A stretch of 63,722 nt of DNA, the filler included, from Octopus bimaculoides (taxonomy: Eukaryota), in the NCBI RefSeq assembly GCF_001194135.2. It is 7 parts of 7 records of this genome, joined end to end, with 100 filler letters (N's around TTAATTAATTAA, not from the genome) between each part and the next. Parts side by side here need not be neighbours in the genome. Positions count along the whole stretch, not along the records: positions 22,025 to 42,086 come from NC_068995.1; 6 more parts are not named here. One strand, written 5' to 3'. Below are positions 26,314-40,782 of this stretch, piece by piece. A program made the translations under genes and the position numbers. Position 1 is the stretch's first letter, and each line of letters opens with the position of its first letter. Under the pieces are notes generated by a model. That model did no database searches. It had not been told where the DNA came from and worked only from the letters and a program-made list of their open reading frames with translations.

Positions 26314-26410
26314 AAGGGAGAGAGGGGTAGAGAGATAGATAAATCGGTATATAGATAGACAGACAGACAGACAGATAGACAGACAGGCAGACAGACAGAC
26401 AGACAGACAT

Positions 26411-26446
<36 letters not shown>

Positions 26447-28259
26447 GTAGGTAGGTAGGTAGGTAGGTAGGCATTGTTTTAAATTTTTCATGTTTTCCAT
26501 AGACATGTGTACCCATAATGCAATCTTCCACACACGATAGACCTTTCAAAATGCTGATACAATCCGTCCGACGGTGACAGTTTTACACACATACTGAGTC
26601 TACTCAGTTCCTGTCTCAGCGCTTCTCTCCACCCTAAATAACTCTAGTGTTGTAATGCTGTGCAACAGATCCAGAAACAATGTGATTACGAAACGAACTT
26701 CTAAAACACTCAGTTATGCAAGTACGTTGTGGGATGTATACGTGAGCGCTTGTGTTTTGTGGTTGTGGGGTTGGGGTATGGATTGAATGATAGACCTTAA
26801 TTATCAAAATTATTTTGTAGCTACAATTCAGCTTCACATATTGATCATCAGCGCTTCATGAGGACAATTTTTATTTCACTACGTAAGCTTCAACTTCTGA
26901 ATCTTAATAAAATTAGTATTTATAGAAGTCGAAGCAAATGATATCATCATGTATGTTCTCATTAACGAGTGATAGAGGTTCGGTGTATGCATGATCCTCT
27001 CTTTCACCACGCTGGCTTTATTAGTCACACTGAGACACACAACAAAAGTTTCATTATTTGATGAAACGATAAGTGATTATTTTACTGATAATAGCTCTAG
27101 GATTTTCGGTATCTATTATGTCTGATACAATTTTATGTAAATATACGTTTTTTTTTTCTTTGGTTTGTGTTTTTTTTTTTCTCTCGTAAATTTTAGAATT
27201 GTGATGATATTTTAGGCTGAAAACAATGAAAAGATTTATTACAAAGGGAACAAGTTTATTCATTTACGCCTAGATTTAATTTAACAGTCATACTTCCTTG
27301 ATAAATAAAATCTAAATTTGCTCTCTTCAATTCGGTCTTCATGACAACCCTATGATCCTGAATGCTGGATAATGACCGGAAGAGTACAGTTGCAATTATA
27401 TACGGACAAAATGGCAGCCTTGCTGACGGCTCTCTAGTGAAACGCTACTCGACAGGATACCTCTCCAGGTCGAGTTGCTAACTTCGAGTAGACCAAGAAC
27501 GAGATGAGTTGATACTATCCAAAGTAAATTGGTCACACTCCGGAGTCCAGCCAGGAAATCTAAGCTCGGCTGCTATCCATAAGATCCTTTGAAAGAGGTG
27601 CCTGGAGACACTACACCCACGACCGTCCAAAGGATAGGGAGGCATAAAAGATGAATGGATTGATGGACGGACGGATGGTTGGGCGAACGGTTGGATGGAT
27701 GGATGGACGGACGGATGGATGGATGGATGGATGGATAGACTTCCTTTAAGAAACGTTTTACTATATATATGAACAAGCATATACAATAGGCGCAGCATAG
27801 CTTTGTGACTAAGAAATTACTTCTTCTGCCACGCGGAGAATTTGAANNNNNNNNNNNNNNNNNNNNNNNNNNNNNNNNNNNNNNNNNNNNNNNNNNNNNN
27901 NNNNNNNNNNNNNNNNNNNNNNNNNNNNNNNNNNNNNNNNNNNNNNNNNNNNNNNNNNNNNNNNNNNNNNNNNNNNNNNNNNNNNNNNNNNNNNNNNNNN
28001 NNNNNNNNNNNNNNNNNNNNNNNNNNNNNNNNNNNNNNNNNNNNNNNNNNNNNNNNNNNNNNNNNNNNNNNNNNNNNNNNNNNNNNNNNNNNNNNNNNNN
28101 NNNNNNNNNNNNNNNNNNNNNNNNNNNNNNNNNNNNNNNNNNNNNNNNNNNNNNNNNNNNNNNNNNNNNNNNNNNNNNNNNNNNNNNNNNNNNNNNNNNN
28201 NNNNNNNNNNNNNNNNNNNNNNNNNNNNNNNNNNNNNNNNNNNNNNNNNNNNNNNNNNN

Positions 28260-28680
28260 TGCTTCCCAACAACATGGTTCTGGGTTCAGTCGCTCACCAC
28301 GCGGCACCTTCAGCAAGTGTCTTCTGCTATAGCCCCGGGCCTACCAAATACTTGTGACTGAATTTGGTAAATGGAAACTGAAAGAAGCCCGTCCTATATA
28401 TATGTGTGTGTGTGTGAGTGTGTGTGTGTGTGTGAGTGTGTGTGTGTGTGTGTGTATGTGTGCGTGTGTGTGTGGCTGTATGTGTCTGTGTTTGTGCACC
28501 ATTACCACTTGACAACAGGTGCTGGTGTGTTTACGTCCCCGTAACTTAGCGGTTCGGCAAAGGTCTGATAGAATAACTACTAGGCTTTCAAAGAACAAGA
28601 CCTCTGGTCAATTTCTTCGACTAAAACTATTTAAGGTAGTGCTCCAGCATGGCTACAGTCAAATGACAGAAAGAAGGAAA
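28260..28680 (+). mobile_element. CORE-like tRNA SINE (5' end in gap)
   Basis: gcaccttcagcaagtgtcttctgctatagcc...gtaacttagcggttcggcaaa...gtgctccagcatggctacagtcaaatgac. Confidence 0.8.
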
Positions 28681-31600
28681 AAATGAAAAACGAATATATA
28701 CACAAGCTTTTAAATGAAAATTAATTTCAAAGCAATTATCTTCTTGTACTTGATGTTTGTATCTATCAATTTGTAAATCAATTTGTATCATAAGGAACTT
28801 TATACACATTCGCATATTGTCACTTAATATCAAACTGTTCTTATAGAGTTGCACATATCTGGTAAGTGCAGAAACAATACCACGAAAGACCGAAGTATCA
28901 ATTAAGTTGCCAGGAGAATCAGATAGTAATGGTCTAGTATAGTTTTCTACGTTATTTCATTGGTTGGCATTTTAGAGATAGAATATCACCATTCTTAAAT
29001 CCGTGTATCGACTAACGCTTATCTTCAATATTTCTAGTGCATTATGTATGTGTATGTGGTTGCGTATGTGTTTGTGTATGTGTGTATGTGTTTGTGTGTG
29101 TTTGTTTACGTGTGTGTTTGTGTGTTTGTGTGTGTACTGCACGCCCGTGTACATACGTGTAAGTGCACATGTGTAAATATTTGTATGTCTGTAAAGGCGC
29201 TACTGTATCTATAGTGCTTCTAGTAGTATCTGTGAGTGTGTATTTGCATTTGGGCCTCTGTCGCTCTCTCACTCCCATCTCTCTCTCCTCTTCTCACTGC
29301 TCACCATTTCCTTCCACCCACCTCGCTCTCTCTCTATCTCTCTCCATCTTTGTAATCGCAGATTTGTGAGATATAGAATAATTATCATAGTTGAATGACT
29401 CAGCATTTTAATCACTTGTCTTACATTCCAAAATAATGTAATCTAGAGCATTGCAATAAGATGAATAGATATTGTGCCAGATTCTAAGACAGATAATATA
29501 TCAACAATCATCATCAGTCTATATTACTGTAAAATATATTTGGTGGCTAGTGACTCGTTGAATATTTGGCACCAGTTATTTTAAAAACTAAATCAATTTT
29601 TCAACGCTAATAGGTCGTTGAGTTGCCCTAGTAGTTAAATAATAACAAAATGCATTAATGGGCAACAATGAATAACGGACACTATCTCTCTACAATTAGA
29701 ATTTAACTAATGAATATCGTTTAGATGAGTGTTTGGGTATAGGAAATATTATGGGACCCGAGGTAATGTATAGGAGTTACGAAAGAAGTAGATAATTTGC
29801 AGGTAGATAATACAGAATTTGTGTGCTTGGTAGGGGCACTTAAAATTAACGGTGCCGCCAATATAGACCTTTGCCTGGTGGGAGCGTAGTGTTACTCGCC
29901 GGCATTTTTGCGTAGACAGAACGCTTCAAGTGGTCAGAGACTACGCACGCGAAGGTTGCTAGTTCTCGTGTCTGCACTGGGGTTCGAATTGATATGTGGA
30001 AGAGTCTAGTTCATGCGGCCAGTTACCACCAAGGTAAAACGGGAGGTATTATTAGTACTGGTGTTGGATTAGGAAGGGGTCATATTTTAGATCATATGTC
30101 TCCTTAACCGGTGTTGATTTGGGTTGAAACTACGATAAAACCAGCAGCTTGAACATGACTCTAGAGATCGCTTCCCAGCATGACCACATTGGAAGCATAC
30201 GCTGCTAAACAACTCTACACTAGAGAATGCGTTTTGTTACAATTAACCCTTAAAATACAAGATAGTTTACTAGAGTAGTTCCCAATATTTTCTACGCTTA
30301 ACTTCCTTAGGAAATGTCGGAATGATTTTTGCACCAATACAAAAGTAATAATGCATTCACGGTAAACAAATGTTAATATCCTAATAGCTATTTTTGCAAT
30401 TGAACACCACACACTACCAAGGTGAAAAATTCAACCTTTCAGAGCATCAAACTTAAATGTAAATTGAACAATTAGAAAAATAACTGTTACCAATGGAACC
30501 AGAACTGTGAACATAAATGTCAAGTTTTTAAGTTATTTCTACGAATTTTCAGCACTCACTGAGAGTTACGACGTTTCTTATACGAATAAGTCTATGGACG
30601 TAATGCGATGATCGAAAAGAGCAGATAAGTAAAGGATGCATAAGCATATTTCTGGGGTTTTACAGCACCACATCCAGACCATTAACCATCAATGAACACA
30701 TCGCTGACTATAATTTCTACAGAAAATCTGGATCAATAACTTTAAAATGTGATTCGATCGCAGTGCTAGCACTTGGTAGTAAATTATAGTTGCATAACGA
30801 AATACAGTGTCCCTACCAGAATTTAATATATAAATTTCAATGGTTTCTTTGTACCTGCTTTTCATTTAGGGCGTATTCAAACCGTGGACATTTCTAGCTG
30901 ATTGTAATCTACCGTCTGAGTAGAGACAAAGGCAATTATTGCATGTCATATGATAGACAAATGTGAAATAAATCCAGAATTCAGTGGTGTACATACAGTG
31001 TGTGCTGTCCGATGTAGCCTTTGAGTTTTCCATATAAGCTTGTGTACCACAAGCCTATACAAACTTATGTAGCAGACCCTAAAAAGTGCCGCCGTATAAG
31101 AAGCATCAACGTGGCCGAGAGAACTAAGCACATCGTTGCAAATGGAAAGACAAATGTCTTTGTTATAAACTCTGAGCTAAAACGTTTTATGGAGATGAAT
31201 AAATTATTTGGTGTACTCTGCAGCAAAAAAGCTTGCATTTTAGAGCTAATTATTTTAAGCTGAATCGCAATATATTCTTTCAGTTTTTTTCCCATCCTCC
31301 GAACTGCCTTCTCCTTATATGGTCCGGCAACCCTAAATGGTATGGGTATCAGAAGTTAGAAACTCCGGGCTCAGTAGATAATGGAAGGGACAATTTCCTT
31401 GTAAGATCGGAGAAGAGAATGCCATCATATTGTCTGTGGATGTGTGGGTGGATGTGTGCGTGAGTGAGACCTAAAGAGGAGAGAGACAGACAGACGGACA
31501 AACAGACAGATAGTAAAAGAGAGCGGGACAAAGAGAGCTTAATAATAGAAAAAGATGCATTACAATAAAAAGATGTGTCAGCTAACATCGCGTTTTCCTA

Positions 31601-32223
31601 CCTCCAAATAATGTTCAGATTATAAAAGCGCGGCGGTCTTATTTATTTATATATATTTACTGAAATATATTCATTCGAACGACAGAAGAAAGTACAGTAT
31701 AAGGAAAACATTTTCGTTTATGCTTCAGTTTACTTAAGACATAATGTTATATTTACAGATTTGTTAATATTGTTGTTATAGAATTTTAAAATCTGCTGTC
31801 GCTTATATTGCTAAATACGTTATTGGCTGAAAAACTATCTACTCAAAATAAATATATCTATTTCAACTTATATTTCTTTCAAAACATTGTTTTTCGATTC
31901 GTGTTTCATTTTGTTTTTCTAATTTTATTTTTCTGTAATCTGTTTGAAAAGCTACACTTTTTGATGTTAAGATTTTGTCTCATATATATATGTNNNNNNN
32001 NNNNNNNNNNNNNNNNNNNNNNNNNNNNNNNNNNNNNNNNNNNNNNNNNNNNNNNNNNNNNNNNNNNNNNNNNNNNNNNNNNNNNNNNNNNNNNNNNNNN
32101 NNNNNNNNNNNNNNNNNNNNNNNNNNNNNNNNNNNNNNNNNNNNNNNNNNNNNNNNNNNNNNNNNNNNNNNNNNNNNNNNNNNNNNNNNNNNNNNNNNNN
32201 NNNNNNNNNNNNNNNNNNNNNNN

Positions 32224-32267
<44 letters not shown>

Positions 32268-33094
32268 TAACTGCCCGAAATTGTCTTGACTTCTGGAACT
32301 TGACTGAGGAAAGCAATCCATGAATGACCCGTCTTTTTTTGCTTGTCCTTCTAATTGTTGTTTCTCTTGTCCGTCTTTGTATTGTCTTTCTGTTCGAATG
32401 TTTTAATGTCCTCTATTGCGTTTTTTTTTTCATTTTTATATTTATATATATATCTATATATATAGCGGCGTACGTACACCCTTGTGCTCACTTTATAGTA
32501 GGTATATATCCAAATTTTGTACGATTCTTACCCTTATATATCCCCCTTCTCATTTTTCTTCCCTTTTCTAGCTCCACCTTTCTAACATTTCTTGGCCTTC
32601 ACTTTAACTCCCACTATTTACCACTCGTTTATCTCCTCTGTACCTTTCTATTTGCCTCTGAATTTTTCTAATCCTTCAATCCCGCTGCCCCCTTCCCATC
32701 TCTCCTCCTCTCACGTGACCCGTGTCCGGCCATCCATGATCTTTCTTTCTTGGACTCACTGCCGACCGCCAACACCTCTTATGTACACCTTCTATATTGC
32801 TGCCTTTAGGCTTTCATTCATACACGTTCAACAACAACGGAGAGACATATTATTAATATCATTATTATTTTCATTAGTATCTTCTTTCAATTCTGTTTTC
32901 ATTTCTTACCTAGCGTCTTCCTGACACCTAGAGCAAAGAGACATACTGTATACATAGGTAGGCTATTAAAATAAACACACCAGATTGTTCATTTACAAAG
33001 TCATGTGATAGAGAAAAATGGAAGAAAGATAGAGACAAAAAGGAAAAAATAAAAAATGAAAAGTAAACTTAGAAAATATAGTGGGGAAAAACGG

Positions 33095-33600
33095 GCAGAA
33101 CATTCACAGCTACAATGCTCTTCTCAATACGTGTGACTTACCAGTTAAGACAATCTTTTGCACTTCCTGCATAGATGATAAACCAGGGATCATTCATAAA
33201 TAATTTTCAGTTCCTTTTTCATCATTCCAGCTACTCTTCCAATTTTTGGCATTGTGACCGCCTTGAGATGCCACATCTTTTCGATTTCGATTACCAAACC
33301 TTTAATCAAATTCTTTCGCCGAGATATTATCGTCACAGGGTATTCTCGTGTCAATCAACAAACAGACTTTATTGTTTTCGTCTTTCACGGCACTATCTAG
33401 TTTATTAAATTTGATGGTCTGGTCTATACATCCTGGAAAGTCCCAAAGAATCGTTACATTGTCTGCCTCTGTTACAGCGTAAGGGTGGTGCTTGTACCAT
33501 TTGTTAGCATTTCTGATTTTATAATGCCGACGTATTATCAATTGTACATATTGACCAACTCTGTCATATGTTCATTTATACTCTACAAGTGCCAAGACCT
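33095..33600 (-). mobile_element. R4/Dong-like RLE domain remnant
   Basis: WYKHHP..VTILWDFP..DQTIKFNKLD..VKDENNKVCLLIDTRIPCDDNISAKE (PD-(D/E)xK-type region). Confidence 0.75.
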
Positions 33601-33655
33601 TACACCCAGAGGTCAGGTGATCCACTGTGACATTCCATTGTTGCAGAATAGAAGA

Positions 33656-33704
<49 letters not shown>

Positions 33705-34219
33705 TGTGTGTGTGTGTAACACTGTGCTTGCGTTTAGATGGAGGATGAAGTTGTATGCCCCCTTATGAAATTCATTAATGGGACCAGGATCTCTTACATT
33801 CTCAATCGACAATCCCATCTGTGTATTTCTCGTTTTCTTGCTTTCTGTCTACTTTGCCCTTGTCCTTCTTTCTTTCTCTCTTTCTTTCTCCTGTGTAATC
33901 TATCTTAAATGAAGAACTATAGTAGTGTTTCTGTTTTCCTATTAGAATTTTCTTCTTTATTCTCTCGGTATATTTTCACTGCATCTAACTGACTTCAGGG
34001 TTGCGTTTGAAACTTCATTATCTTATTGAAAATTAAAAGCATTCCATAATCTCTCGCATTTTAAAGGATCAGGAATAGATTCCTTAAAGCAATTCTAAAA
34101 CATTCCAGAGCTATAGATAGGGTGAAGTGGCTCTTGAAAAATATTCTTATAACATCCTTCAATAAAATATCTTCTCAATTCCCTTGTCTTTCCTCTACAT
34201 ATTCGACCACAATCTTTTC

Positions 34220-34352
34220 AAATTCCGCCGAGGTCGACTTTGCCTTTCATCCCTCGGGGTCGATAAAATTAGTACCAGTTATGCATTGGGGTCGATATAA
34301 TCAACTTGATCCCTTCCCCCAAATTTGAGGCTTTGTGCTTGTAATAGAAAAG

Positions 34353-34414
<62 letters not shown>

Positions 34415-34535
34415 CATTATTATAAGGCAGTGAGCTGGTAGAATCGTTAGCACGCTGGGCAAGATACTTGCTGGTATTTTGCCCGTCGGTACGTTCTGAG
34501 TTCAAATTCCGCCAAGGTCGACTTTGCCTTTCAGT
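34220..34535 (+). mobile_element. Two tandem partial copies of a second SINE family (aaattccgccgaggtcgactttgcctttcatcc core)
   Basis: The same core recurs at about 6600-6900, 8560-8760(-), 9240-9400(-), 16700-17170(-), 23665-23760, 39100-39300(-) and 61310-61680. Confidence 0.75.
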
Positions 34536-34639
34536 CATGCGATACAAAAAGGGCTGAGGAGAAGAAACGCAGAGGAAAGAATGGAAATAAGCAAGAAAAT
34601 GAGAAAAGAAGCAAAGAAAATTAAAGGGAAAAGGAAAGA

Positions 34640-34880
34640 AAATTCACTGCAACAATGCTCTTCTCAATACGTGTGACGTGCCAATGAAGACAATTTTTTG
34701 CATTTCCTGCATGGATTGTAATCCAGCGATCAACCTCCAATAGTTTTCACTTCCTTTTTTTGATCATTATAAGCGCTCCTGCAATCACTGGTACTGTAAC
34801 CTTCTTGAGATGCCACATGTTTTCGATTTCAATCAGTAGACATTTATATTTTCTGTGCTTATCAAATTCTTTTGCCGTTA
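34640..34880 (-). mobile_element. R4/Dong-like RLE 3' remnant, same subfamily as 33095-33600
   Basis: The shared segment caatgctcttctcaatacgtgtgac...cttgagatgccacat occurs at both loci. Confidence 0.65.
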
Positions 34881-34887
34881 TTATCAT

Positions 34888-34941
<54 letters not shown>

Positions 34942-34969
34942 GATGATGATGATTATCGTTACTATTATT

Positions 34970-35352
34970 GTGTGAGAGAACAGCGCATGCCTTCGAAGTG
35001 ATTCAGGGTTACGAATATACGAAACTCAATATGCGCACCACGTCTACACGTCTGATAAGGGGACAGAAAGTGCGTGCATCCCAACCATATATGCGCAACA
35101 TGTTGATCTCATATCAAGATAAACAGAGCATGCCATTGTAGGTGGGGGACCAAGTTAGAATTTTTGTTCTGGTCGAGTAGCCAATCCAACTGAAAGGGTC
35201 CCTGAATAAGGTTTGTTTAAGGATGATGAATGAAACATCTATGTTTCCAGAGGCGAATTATCCAAATCCCAAAGAATTACTCTCAAAACATGGCTATGAT
35301 GCACTCCCGCCACAATTTCTGCTCGTGATCCGAGATGCACATATCGTCAGCC
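34970..35352. mobile_element. Probable SINE-like interspersed repeat (third family)
   Basis: A discrete, higher-GC ~380-bp block between microsatellite/AT-rich flanks with no ORF. The family assignment is from recall only. Confidence 0.4.
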
Positions 35353-35552
35353 ATTTATTATAGTTATACGAATAATAATAATTATTATTGTCAGTAAAGT
35401 AAAGTTAAAATATATTGTCTGTAATGAAAATAATTACCATTTCGTATATTCTGAAGTAACATTTTTTGATACTCTTCATTAAAACCGTTTGAGTCTCCAT
35501 CATTTAGAACGAATTTGGTATTGACATGCTTATAATATACACACAATACATA

Positions 35553-35586
<34 letters not shown>

Positions 35587-36392
35587 NNNNNNNNNNNNNN
35601 NNNNNNNNNNNNNNNNNNNNNNNNNNNNNNNNNNNNNNNNNNNNNNNNNNNNNNNNNNNNNNNNNNNNNNNNNNNNNNNNNNNNNNNNNNNNNNNNNNNN
35701 NNNNNNNNNNNNNNNNNNNNNNNNNNNNNNNNNNNNNNNNNNNNNNNNNNNNNNNNNNNNNNNNNNNNNNNNNNNNNNNNNNNNNNNNNNNNNNNNNNNN
35801 NNNNNNNNNNNNNNNNNNNNNNNNNNNNNNNNNNNNNNNNNNNNNNNNNNNNNNNNNNNNNNNNNNNNNNNNNNNNNNNNNNNNNNNNNNNNNNNNNNNN
35901 NNNNNNNNNNNNNNNNNNNNNNNNNNNNNNNNNNNNNNNNNNNNNNNNNNNNNNNNNNNNNNNNNNNNNNNNNNNNNNNNNNNNNNNNNNNNNNNNNNNN
36001 NNNNNNNNNNNNNNNNNNNNNNNNNNNNNNNNNNNNNNNNNNNNNNNNNNNNNNNNNNNNNNNNNNNNNNNNNNNNNNNNNNNNNNNNNNNNNNNNNNNN
36101 NNNNNNNNNNNNNNNNNNNNNNNNNNNNNNNNNNNNNNNNNNNNNNNNNNNNNNNNNNNNNNNNNNNNNNNNNNNNNNNNNNNNNNNNNNNNNNNNNNNN
36201 NNNNNNNNNNNNNNNNNNNNNNNNNNNNNNNNNNNNNNNNNNNNNNNNNNNNNNNNNNNNNNNNNNNNNNNNNNNNNNNNNNNNNNNNNNNNNNNNNNNN
36301 NNNNNNNNNNNNNNNNNNNNNNNNNNNNNNNNNNNNNNNNNNNNNNNNNNNNNNNNNNNNNNNNNNNNNNNNNNNNNNNNTAATAATAACAA

Positions 36393-36507
<115 letters not shown>

Positions 36508-36964
36508 AAGAAGAAGAAGAAGAAGAAGAAGAAGAAGAAGAAGAAGAAGAAGAAGAAGAAGAAGAAGAAGAATGCGACCTTGATATTAGATAAATAGAGG
36601 ATTATTTATATATGTTATTATAATTTAGAACAAACAATAGAAGGTTGCCATTTATAGTACACGGAGTTTCGAATGTCGGAGCGAAGAGCTGTTAACGGGA
36701 ACAGACGCTATGAAAACCGTTGAATGCAAGGGAAGTTACTCTAATAGGTAGAAAGGTAAAAAGGAAAGAAGATAAAAATACACACCAACATATCCTCACG
36801 ATACATAGACATAAACCTCCTGCGTTCACAACGTCTACATACGTACACACTTACCCAAACGTGTATACGTGCATGCACATACACACACAAACATATATAT
36901 ATGTACGTACTCATACATACACATACACTGCCGTTTTCTACTTTTCTATACAGACATACACACA

Positions 36965-37008
<44 letters not shown>

Positions 37009-37254
37009 NNNNNNNNNNNNNNNNNNNNNNNNNNNNNNNNNNNNNNNNNNNNNNNNNNNNNNNNNNNNNNNNNNNNNNNNNNNNNNNNNNNNNNNNNNNN
37101 NNNNNNNNNNNNNNNNNNNNNNNNNNNNNNNNNNNNNNNNNNNNNNNNNNNNNNNNNNNNNNNNNNNNNNNNNNNNNNNNNNNNNNNNNNNNNNNNNNNN
37201 NNNNNNNNNNNNNNNNNAATTATATATTATATATGTATGTATTTTGTTTGTGGT

Positions 37255-37830
37255 CACCCATAATTCTAGGAACCGCATCGACTTACATTCGGTAAAATGA
37301 GACCTTCGAGTTCTGCATGAATCATAAAATTTTCGACGAATAATTAAAAAACCAGAATTCATCGGCAGCCGAAGCCTGTCACCTTATTTCAAAAGACGTC
37401 TAACAAATGCCAGATTCACGTAGGAGAAAGAAATCACACGAGTTACTAGCTCCGGAGACACTCGTTGTGGAATATGTGAAATAATTGAAAGAATAACAGC
37501 CAGAAGACCTAAGAATAGGAAGGAATTAAAAGTGAATGATAGCATGACTTACAAAGCATAAAAAATCTTATCTACTGCACCATATGCCAAAAATACGATA
37601 AAAATTACATTGGAGAAAGAGGAACAAAACTAACCAGCTGTGTTAACGTGCATTAATAGCACATTAAAGATTCATCTCTTAGAAACGTTCCATATAGTAA
37701 ATATCTAGAAATTTAAGCAAGTGGAAAATTTTAAATATTCCCTCTTCAAAATAAAGGATGAACATGATCAACTACGAAACACAAAAGGAAACTTAATTAT
37801 AAGAATTCTAAATCTGAAACTAAACGAGAA
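37255..37830 (+). mobile_element. Penelope-like element GIY-YIG endonuclease remnant
   Basis: Frameshifted CGICE..NDSMTYKA..NLIYC..KNYIGERGTKLTSCVNVH..HIKD.SLRNVP.SK.LEI...KF.IFPLFKI...LNLKLN (IYC...YIGE motif). Confidence 0.7.
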
Positions 37831-38106
37831 ATAATCAACAACATCACTAAAAGCAACTTACTCTATACGCAGTTTACTGGAACACCTGTATTTGAAAAGT
37901 TGAACAACGAAAACTCTTCCACACAAAATATACACTACATAGAAAATGTATTCTATACGCAAACTTCTTTCACAAATGTTACTGACTTGCTATTAGATGT
38001 TTTTTTAAAGTAGTTAATAACCTTTAAAATTATTTGTGTTTAATTATTGTAACGGTATCAAGTAATTGTACCATTCTTTATTTGCTCTCCCTGTGTCTTT
38101 CTGCGT

Positions 38107-38145
38107 TCTTTTCTGTGGAAGAGCTTAGGCTCGAAACGTTAAAGA
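38107..38145 (+). ncRNA. Variant hammerhead-like motif downstream of the Penelope remnant
   Basis: TCTTTT-CTGTGGA-A-GAGC(TTAG)GCTC-GAAAC-GTT-AAAGA; the core deviates from CUGANGA and the triplet is GUU. Confidence 0.3.
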
Positions 38146-38234
38146 CTTTTTCACTTCCCGAGCGTTAAACTAATACATCTGTTTGTTGTCTACACCACCT
38201 GCCTTTCATCTTTTGTTATTCTTAGGAATTCCCC

Positions 38235-38276
<42 letters not shown>

Positions 38277-40329
38277 GCACACATACACACATTCATTTTC
38301 ATATGTGACTGTCCCTATTAGTCCGTCTGTCTCTTTGTCTCGCTCTCTTTCTCTCTCTCTCCCTCTGTCAGTTCTCTCTGCTCCTCGATAACTCATTTTT
38401 TTATTAAACTATATTACCGTCTCTACTAATGTGTATCTCGTTTACTCTGTCACTGTCTATATGTATCTATATATTTAATTGTTACCTTTATATGTTTCTA
38501 GATTTATCTCTGTGCATATACTTTACCTACGCTTGAGTACTGTATGTTTTTGAGTGCTGGAAATAGTTTTTCAAGTCGCTGAAATTGCACCATAACATTT
38601 ATGCATATCTGAGTGTGAGTGGGTTTATATACATGTGTGTATATAGACAATCCTGAATAAGGTTTAGAACTGTAATGGATAGCTACTTTTGATTATATCT
38701 CTGTTGAATTAGATTATCTGAAAATGAACCACATATAGAATAGCAACTAGTTTATGTTTTATGTTTGTGTGTATAGAAATATAATAGAGTGATGTCGGTA
38801 GATCAGGGGGTCATTTCGGGTTGCAATCCGTTTCAGTAACGCTGTTAAGGTTGTTGAACTGCTAGGATGTCACTAATCGATAAAAGGTTTGACGAAATAC
38901 GATTTAAATGCAGGGTACGAGTTTTAAGGTCATTTCTCCATTACTTCTTGCCGATTGAACGATACCAGAGTTGATATTTCCAGAAAAATGTGACATAAAG
39001 CCGTAAACTATTCGGTAATTCTTCTGAGCTCAAATCAATTCAGGATCGGCTTCACTTTTTTTACTCTTATAGAATACGTAATACTCATATTGGTTTCAAA
39101 TTTTGGCACAAGGCGGGAAAGTTCAGGAAAGTGGGTAGGTCGATTACATCGACCCCAGTGCTCAACGTATTTTGTCGACACCGAAAGGATAAAAGGCGAA
39201 GTCGACCTCGGAGAAATTTGAACTGAGAAAGTGAAGACGGACGAAATGCCGCTAAGAATGTTGTCCAGTGTAGTAACTATTCCGCCAATTCGACGACTTA
39301 CATGTAATACTTATATTACAATATAATACTTATATTACAAGATAATTCTAATTTAATTTATTACTGTTAAATATATGACTGATATATATTTATCGATCCA
39401 ATGTGAACAGGAGGAAGGCGTACAAAATTCAATTTCAGCAAAATTTGAATTCCGAAAGACGAACGAATAAACTTAAAACTTCAAGGCCAACGTTCTAATA
39501 TTTATGATATTCCTCTGCCTTACTCTCTATAATTAAATTAATAACATTCTTTATGAAGTGCAATTATTTTTAGAGGATAACAAAATTACGCTCGGTTTTC
39601 TGCCAAAGCAGTAACAATTTCCTTGCCATCAGATCGAGCTTCCATAAGCTGACGAACTTACGACTGGACTTTTATGACGTCTGTAAAACAGGATCAAATC
39701 CGATTTCTGCCGTTCCAGAAAATTCTGTCAAACTGTATTCAGATTACCTTTGGCAGTATCTAAGAAATTAAATTACTATATTACGTGGTAATACGTGAAT
39801 AAGATAATATTGGATAAAAATTCCTTTTTATTAAGATATGATTTGTCTCCAGGGCATACATATTTCTATGGTTTTGCAACTTCTAAACGTCATGTTTAAA
39901 TACACTACTTCGCTTTTACATTAGTGCTGTTGAAGATGAAATAACCTAATTTTGAGTCATGTAGGTCAGCTGGTCACAGTTTCTCCATTGTGTCTATGTT
40001 AGTACAACATTTACAGATTGTTAGATAGCTCCAGTCAAACTGTATCAGAGACAAAGATTCGGTTTGCGTTTGAGTATACATAAAATGTAATTTGTGTGTC
40101 TAACTTATTGGCTAATTTTGAAAGAATATTATCCTCCTCCTATTACAACAGTTTTCTCCCGCTTAATACTGCTATTGAAGCACTAGCTGAATAATGCTCT
40201 GATCAAAAGTCTGCCAAACATGACTATTACATCGTCGGGCGTTTTTTTTTTTTTAAGTAAAGGTTAGATTTCACGGAAATTTAGTAATTGTTTCCAGAAT
40301 GTTGCTAGGTAAGGTACATCAGATGCTTT

Positions 40330-40420
40330 CCCATTTATTCGTTGTATAAATAGTAAAGGTCCTAGTGAACACTGAGTTACTGGCGGACTGCAACATGTTA
40401 AACCATGTGCCACCACAATT
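40330..40420 (-). mobile_element. Possible CR1/L2-type RT motif relic
   Basis: PVTQCSLGPLLFIQRIN resembles VPQGSVLGPLLFxxYIN; there is little else in support. Confidence 0.3.
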
Positions 40421-40727
40421 AGGAGTCGTACCGATTTGAACAAAACGGCAATTGCATTGACCTGCAAAATAATGTGGTAATAAATTGTTTCCCCTTTTTG
40501 CAGAAATTAACTTTTCATTCTTCTAAGATAAATAAAGTATAAGACAAATAAGTTACTAGAACCATTTAGTATTCTTGTAAAATGTCGTATAGGGGAATGG
40601 AATGAAAGTAGAATACTTTAATTATTATGTTGGTATAGCAGGAGAAAAGTGGCTATATTTTTATGTATGTATAAATGTGAGCATATATGTAAACACTCAC
40701 ACACAAACACACACGCACACACACATA

Positions 40728-40782
<55 letters not shown>

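Noticed and set aside
27421-27450. CTGACGG...GAAAC hammerhead-like string
   Set aside because: The core lacks the conserved A, and there is no valid NUH triplet or stem I.
29760-30140. GC-richer unique block
   Set aside because: No recognisable protein motif in the frames I translated and no terminal structures; probably an old repeat relic but unsupported.
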